Of a stretch of 58,289 nt of DNA, positions 54,353 to 58,289 are shown piece by piece. The stretch is from positions 1-58,289 of the IMG/VR virus record IMGVR_UViG_3300027513_000017; one strand, 5' to 3'. A program made the position numbers and the translations under genes. The stretch comes from a virus. Taxonomy: Duplodnaviria > Caudoviricetes. Positions within the stretch are counted from its first letter, which is position 1; each line of letters begins with the position of its first letter. A model generated the notes under the pieces. It was not told the DNA's origin, made no database searches, and was given only the letters and a program-made list of their open reading frames with translations.

Positions 54353-56740
54353 ATGGCAGACGATCTTTCATTACTGTTTCGACTGCGCGCGCAGAACCAA
54401 GCCTCACCCGCAATCAAGCAGGTGCAGGGCGATGTCTCTAGACTCACCAAGACAACCTCCACAGAGTTCAACGCCATGCAGCAGGTCACTACCTCTGCAC
54501 TGGGCCGGATCACGTCTTCACTAACTAACTTTTCTTCTCAGATTCCGGTTGTTGGTAATGCCGTATCCGGCCTGTCAGATGAACTGACGACAATGGCAAC
54601 GTCAACAGGGGCATCGGGGAGCCAGTTTGCCGCCCTTGCGGGACCGATTGGGATCGCAGTTACGGTCATCGGAGCACTTACTGGGGCCGCAGTGTTAGGC
54701 GGTAAGGCTTTATTTGATCTAACAGTAACGACCGCAGACTTTCAGGGGAAGCTATTTGATCTTGGTCAGCAAGTCGGGGTGAGCGTCGAGACTCTTTCCA
54801 CGCTGGACATTATTGCTACGCAGACGGGCGGCAGTATTGAAACGGTCACAGCAAGCCTCGGAATCTTTCAGAAGACACTAGAAGCGGCGCAAGATCCAAC
54901 CTCAAAAGAAGCCGAACTATTAGCCGAACTCGGAATTACTTCAAGTGATACCGAAGTCGCTTTAAGACAAGCACTCAAGGCGCTTTTTGATCTAGGTGAA
55001 GGATCGGAGCAGACAGCCAAGAGTCTCGAGTTGTTCGGGCGTGGTGGCCGATTTGTTAATGCCATCATGAAAGAGAGCGGCGGCAATATCGACGTGCTCA
55101 TGGAGAAGTATCGTGACCTCGGAATCCTCATCACCACAGACGTAGCCTCCGCGTCGGATCAATTCAACGACGACCTCGACACGATCAATCGACAGGTAAG
55201 AGCACTCACGGCAGAGATCGGCAACGAGTTGATGCCGACCGTGTTGGCGGCGATTCAGCAGATAGGTCAATTCTTAGAGCAGAATCGTGGAGTCCTGGCG
55301 AATTGGGTCACGGACGTTGAAGACGCCATCAGGGGGGTATCAAGGTTCGCTGATGCTATCTATCCGTTAGTCGATGCAATCACCGCGCTCGTGGTGGTTC
55401 TCGAACGGGCCAACCTCTTACAAGGAACAATCGGCTCGCTTATCGACGCCGCGCAACTACTCGGGCAGAACCCAGAGATTGCCCCGCTCAAGATTCCCGA
55501 TCTTGCGGTCCCGATTCGGCCCAGTACGACTCTGCCAGGATCTATTTCAGCCCCTAAGAAATCGGGTAAATCAGAAGCTGATGCTTCTCTCCAATTACTA
55601 AAGCAACTTCAGACAGAGATGTTGCGACTTGAAGATGCAACGAAGACTCAAATTGTAGCGGCTGAATTACTGGACGAGAAGTACAAGAACATCAATCCAG
55701 AGATTAAGAGACAGATTGAGCTGTTGGCCCGCCTGATTGATACCAAGAAGGATCAGCAAGAAGTAGATGAGCAAATAGAAGCGGCGGCGAAGGAATTAAA
55801 GCAGGCCATCGACGCAGAGGTTAAGTCGCTTATCTCGTTTATCGAAGCGCAGAGATTAACGATTAGAGGAACACAGTCAGCTATTGACGCGGCAGATGAA
55901 TATATTTTGCGGTTTGACAATCTCAGCGGGGCAATGGATGAGGTAATTCAGGCCCATCTGCGATTTCAAGCCATCCTCATTGACTCATCCAAACACGCCC
56001 AGCAATTAGCCGAAGACTTAGCCCGAGTTGCAGAAATCACTCCACCCATCGGTGGTACTCCACCGTTTGACGGAACTACCGTTCCCGAACCTGGCACCGT
56101 CCCGATTGACATTGAGGGTGAGATTGGCCCACCACCTGAGTTAACGATTTGGGAAGAAGCGATCGGGTCTCTCCAAGATCGGATGGTGAACTTCTCTGAC
56201 TTCCTCGGCGGCACGTTTATCGACTCCCTCCACGGTGTGGCCGACGCGCTCGCGCAAGGCATTGAAGCATGGGCTTTATACGGCGGCTCGTTTGGTCAGG
56301 CAATGAAGCAAGCCCTAGCTGCACTTGCCGCGAAGATTGCCGCAGAAGCCACGTTACAAGCCGCGTTGCATGCTGCTTATGCCATCGCATCTCTCGCCTT
56401 TGGAGACTTTGGTAGCGCAGCAAGGCACGGAATTGCAGCGGCGAAGTTTGCGGCTATTGCTGGAGGCGCGGCGTTAGGCGCGCGCGCGTTAGCAGGCGGC
56501 GCATTCGATCAAGGCGGTAGTGGTTCATCATCAGGGAGTGGGAATCGATCCACCTCACGCAATAACACACAGAACCAGAATGAGAAGTTGGCACCTATCG
56601 ACATTCCGCGTAACGCTCAAGGCCAACATTTGACCGTGAAGATTCAACCGCCTGAAGGATGGGTGGGCCAAGAGTTTCGTAAGGACTACAACTTAAACGG
56701 AGTGACCCGACTAACGATCTTGACTGACGGACAGAGTTAA
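54353..56740 (+). CDS. Tape measure protein
   Basis: Ala/Leu-rich helical protein of about 795 aa; L.F.L.A.NQAS, ELFGRGG motifs; canonical position. Confidence 0.9.
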   Translation: MADDLSLLFRLRAQNQASPAIKQVQGDVSRLTKTTSTEFNAMQQVTTSALGRITSSLTNFSSQIPVVGNAVSGLSDELTTMATSTGASGSQFAALAGPIGIAVTVIGALTGAAVLGGKALFDLTVTTADFQGKLFDLGQQVGVSVETLSTLDIIATQTGGSIETVTASLGIFQKTLEAAQDPTSKEAELLAELGITSSDTEVALRQALKALFDLGEGSEQTAKSLELFGRGGRFVNAIMKESGGNIDVLMEKYRDLGILITTDVASASDQFNDDLDTINRQVRALTAEIGNELMPTVLAAIQQIGQFLEQNRGVLANWVTDVEDAIRGVSRFADAIYPLVDAITALVVVLERANLLQGTIGSLIDAAQLLGQNPEIAPLKIPDLAVPIRPSTTLPGSISAPKKSGKSEADASLQLLKQLQTEMLRLEDATKTQIVAAELLDEKYKNINPEIKRQIELLARLIDTKKDQQEVDEQIEAAAKELKQAIDAEVKSLISFIEAQRLTIRGTQSAIDAADEYILRFDNLSGAMDEVIQAHLRFQAILIDSSKHAQQLAEDLARVAEITPPIGGTPPFDGTTVPEPGTVPIDIEGEIGPPPELTIWEEAIGSLQDRMVNFSDFLGGTFIDSLHGVADALAQGIEAWALYGGSFGQAMKQALAALAAKIAAEATLQAALHAAYAIASLAFGDFGSAARHGIAAAKFAAIAGGAALGARALAGGAFDQGGSGSSSGSGNRSTSRNNTQNQNEKLAPIDIPRNAQGQHLTVKIQPPEGWVGQEFRKDYNLNGVTRLTILTDGQS

Positions 56741-56742
56741 AG

Positions 56743-57153
56743 ATGCCAGCAGAATTTCCATTTCCGAGTGTTAGTGGTTCAAACCCAATCCCGCTTTTCT
56801 ATGAGAAGTTGCCGGAGCGTTTCAATGTGGGCCGGACTATCTACGACGACAGCGGCGTCGATAAGAAACTTCAATCAGGTGGAGCGGGAGTCAAGACTTA
56901 CGTAATCCGCTATGACGGACTCACTGCCGCAGAGGCGGCCATCCTTGATAACTGGGCCGCAACGATGTTCTACAGCGAAGATGAAGGAAGCGCCTACGCC
57001 TGTAACTTCAGGGAGCACGTAGCGGGAACAGCATGGACAGACACGAGCGGAACACTCCTTTCAAATGTCTACATAGCAGCGGGTGGTTACAAGAAGTCCC
57101 ACGAGAAAACATGGTCTAACGCGCGTGAATTCCTGATGGAGAAATACGGCTAA
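56743..57153 (+). CDS. Distal tail / minor tail protein
   Basis: Small gene between tape measure and hub genes. Confidence 0.65.
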   Translation: MPAEFPFPSVSGSNPIPLFYEKLPERFNVGRTIYDDSGVDKKLQSGGAGVKTYVIRYDGLTAAEAAILDNWAATMFYSEDEGSAYACNFREHVAGTAWTDTSGTLLSNVYIAAGGYKKSHEKTWSNAREFLMEKYG

Positions 57154-58289
57154 TGCAGGCTGTGAACTCCGCGCTTCAGACCGAATTAGACAAGGGACTT
57201 GGTAGTCCTGTTGTGCTCGTAGACTTGTTCGAGTTCTACGCGGCAGACGAAGTACCAGGCGCAACCGGATTCGATCCGGCTGATGCTATCGAGACTTTTG
57301 CGGCTCAAGAGATTACGTGGAACTCCATCGCTTATCGACGCGAAGTAATCAATCGCTCGGACATCATCAAGTCGATCACTGAGAAGATCAATTCAGTAAC
57401 CCTCACCTTCAGCAACATCAGTCGTTATCTTGCAACATTGGCGCAGAGTCAGGACATGGAAGGAATGATCGTCGTCATTCGCTGTGTCGCACCCTCGGTC
57501 ACTGATGACAGTTTGGTGTTGTTTACAGGAAGATGCGGGAAACCGTCAGACATTGACAAGCAAACATTCTCGATTACCGCTACGCAGGATTTCGGCAATA
57601 TCAACATCACGATCCCGCCAAACAAGTTTGAGTCAGACGATCCAGAGGGCCGCTTACCTTCCGATCCCGAATTTGAGGGAATCCCATTTAATGCTATTGG
57701 AGGTTCTTTAACCTTCCCGCAAGTAGTCCCTGCCACTTCCTTCTTCGGGCGGCTCTTTGGGCGTCGGAAAACTGTTCAGACTACCGCGCAGTGGTCGTCT
57801 ACAGATAACACTCCTTATGGTCAGGTGATCCGAGAATGTTTTGGGCGCACCCAGGTTGAACTAATCATTTTCAACTGGGCCGATAAGGGAACACACGTGG
57901 GCTATTTGGCGGCTGTTTCACGTGGCCCGGTTGCCGCTATTACCAACATTAAATCTCGCACCGAAGGACTCAGCGATCCCGTTTGTAACTTTGCGAATCC
58001 TCCTGCTCCCGCTGTCACGCACTTAGGAAATGTGGGCACCGCGAATGGAGCGGCTACGTGTCAGTCCGATCTGGCCAGAGGTTTGTACTTCTCGAAACTG
58101 GCTTACATCGAAGGGGCTGCTATCGGCTTTCAGAACGGGCAGATTGTTCCGTTAGGTTTGGACGAGCAGGACACGCCTCCGGTACTGACGGCAATCGTCA
58201 GAGGCCGGAAGATGCCGGTGCGTAACTCATCGGGTGTTTATGGAGGTGAGGAGTGGTCTAACAATCCGGTGGATATTCTCCGTTTCATA
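57153..58289 (+). CDS. Tail hub / host-specificity protein, 5' part (continues through the repeat into 3..4262)
   Basis: TAATG-coupled ATG 57153; open frame MQAVNSALQTELDKG...VDLFEFY...NPVDILRFI to the window end. Confidence 0.85.
   Translation, partial: MQAVNSALQTELDKGLGSPVVLVDLFEFYAADEVPGATGFDPADAIETFAAQEITWNSIAYRREVINRSDIIKSITEKINSVTLTFSNISRYLATLAQSQDMEGMIVVIRCVAPSVTDDSLVLFTGRCGKPSDIDKQTFSITATQDFGNINITIPPNKFESDDPEGRLPSDPEFEGIPFNAIGGSLTFPQVVPATSFFGRLFGRRKTVQTTAQWSSTDNTPYGQVIRECFGRTQVELIIFNWADKGTHVGYLAAVSRGPVAAITNIKSRTEGLSDPVCNFANPPAPAVTHLGNVGTANGAATCQSDLARGLYFSKLAYIEGAAIGFQNGQIVPLGLDEQDTPPVLTAIVRGRKMPVRNSSGVYGGEEWSNNPVDILRFI
58132..58289. repeat. Terminal direct repeat, right copy
   Basis: Matches 1-158 with one mismatch. 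Confidence 0.95.

Noticed and set aside
58132-58289. Biological direct terminal repeat
   Set aside because: It lies mid-gene in the tail hub, far from terS, and its length fits an assembler overlap

Overview
The window is an apparently complete, circularly assembled tailed-phage genome of about 58,131 bp. Bases 1-158 recur at 58132-58289 with one synonymous difference, and the tail-hub gene reads across the join. It has an HK97-type head (terminase, portal, gp7/MuF-like protein, prohead protease, major capsid protein) and a non-contractile tail with a putative +1-frameshifted chaperone, tape measure, distal tail and hub. Receptor-binding candidates are a LamG/SGNH esterase and a beta-helix tailspike. 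Divergent early operons flank an unusual switch made of two ribbon-helix-helix-like genes, an orphan UmuD-like peptidase and a thrice-repeated CTTAAG-N3-CTTAAG operator. There is an ERF/YqaJ/SSB recombination module and an M15 endolysin. I found no integrase, partition system, polymerase, helicase or primase. The standout is a translationally coupled glycan-synthesis cluster inside the head operon: GDP-fucose synthesis (gmd, fcl), a GT11 alpha-1,2-fucosyltransferase, two GT25s, a further GT-like gene and three SAM methyltransferases. A GT4 directly after the capsid gene is fused in frame to a small post-capsid protein with its own internal start. Together these suggest a phage-encoded fucosylated, O-methylated virion glycan. 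Other oddities are a Tat-signal chimera of tail-protein fragments, an inverted-repeat-bounded single-gene cassette, several structured non-coding regions and short repeats at early-gene junctions. The SSB sequence hints at an Acidobacteria (Blastocatellia-like) host; this is inference. All family calls come from motif recognition by eye, not database searches.
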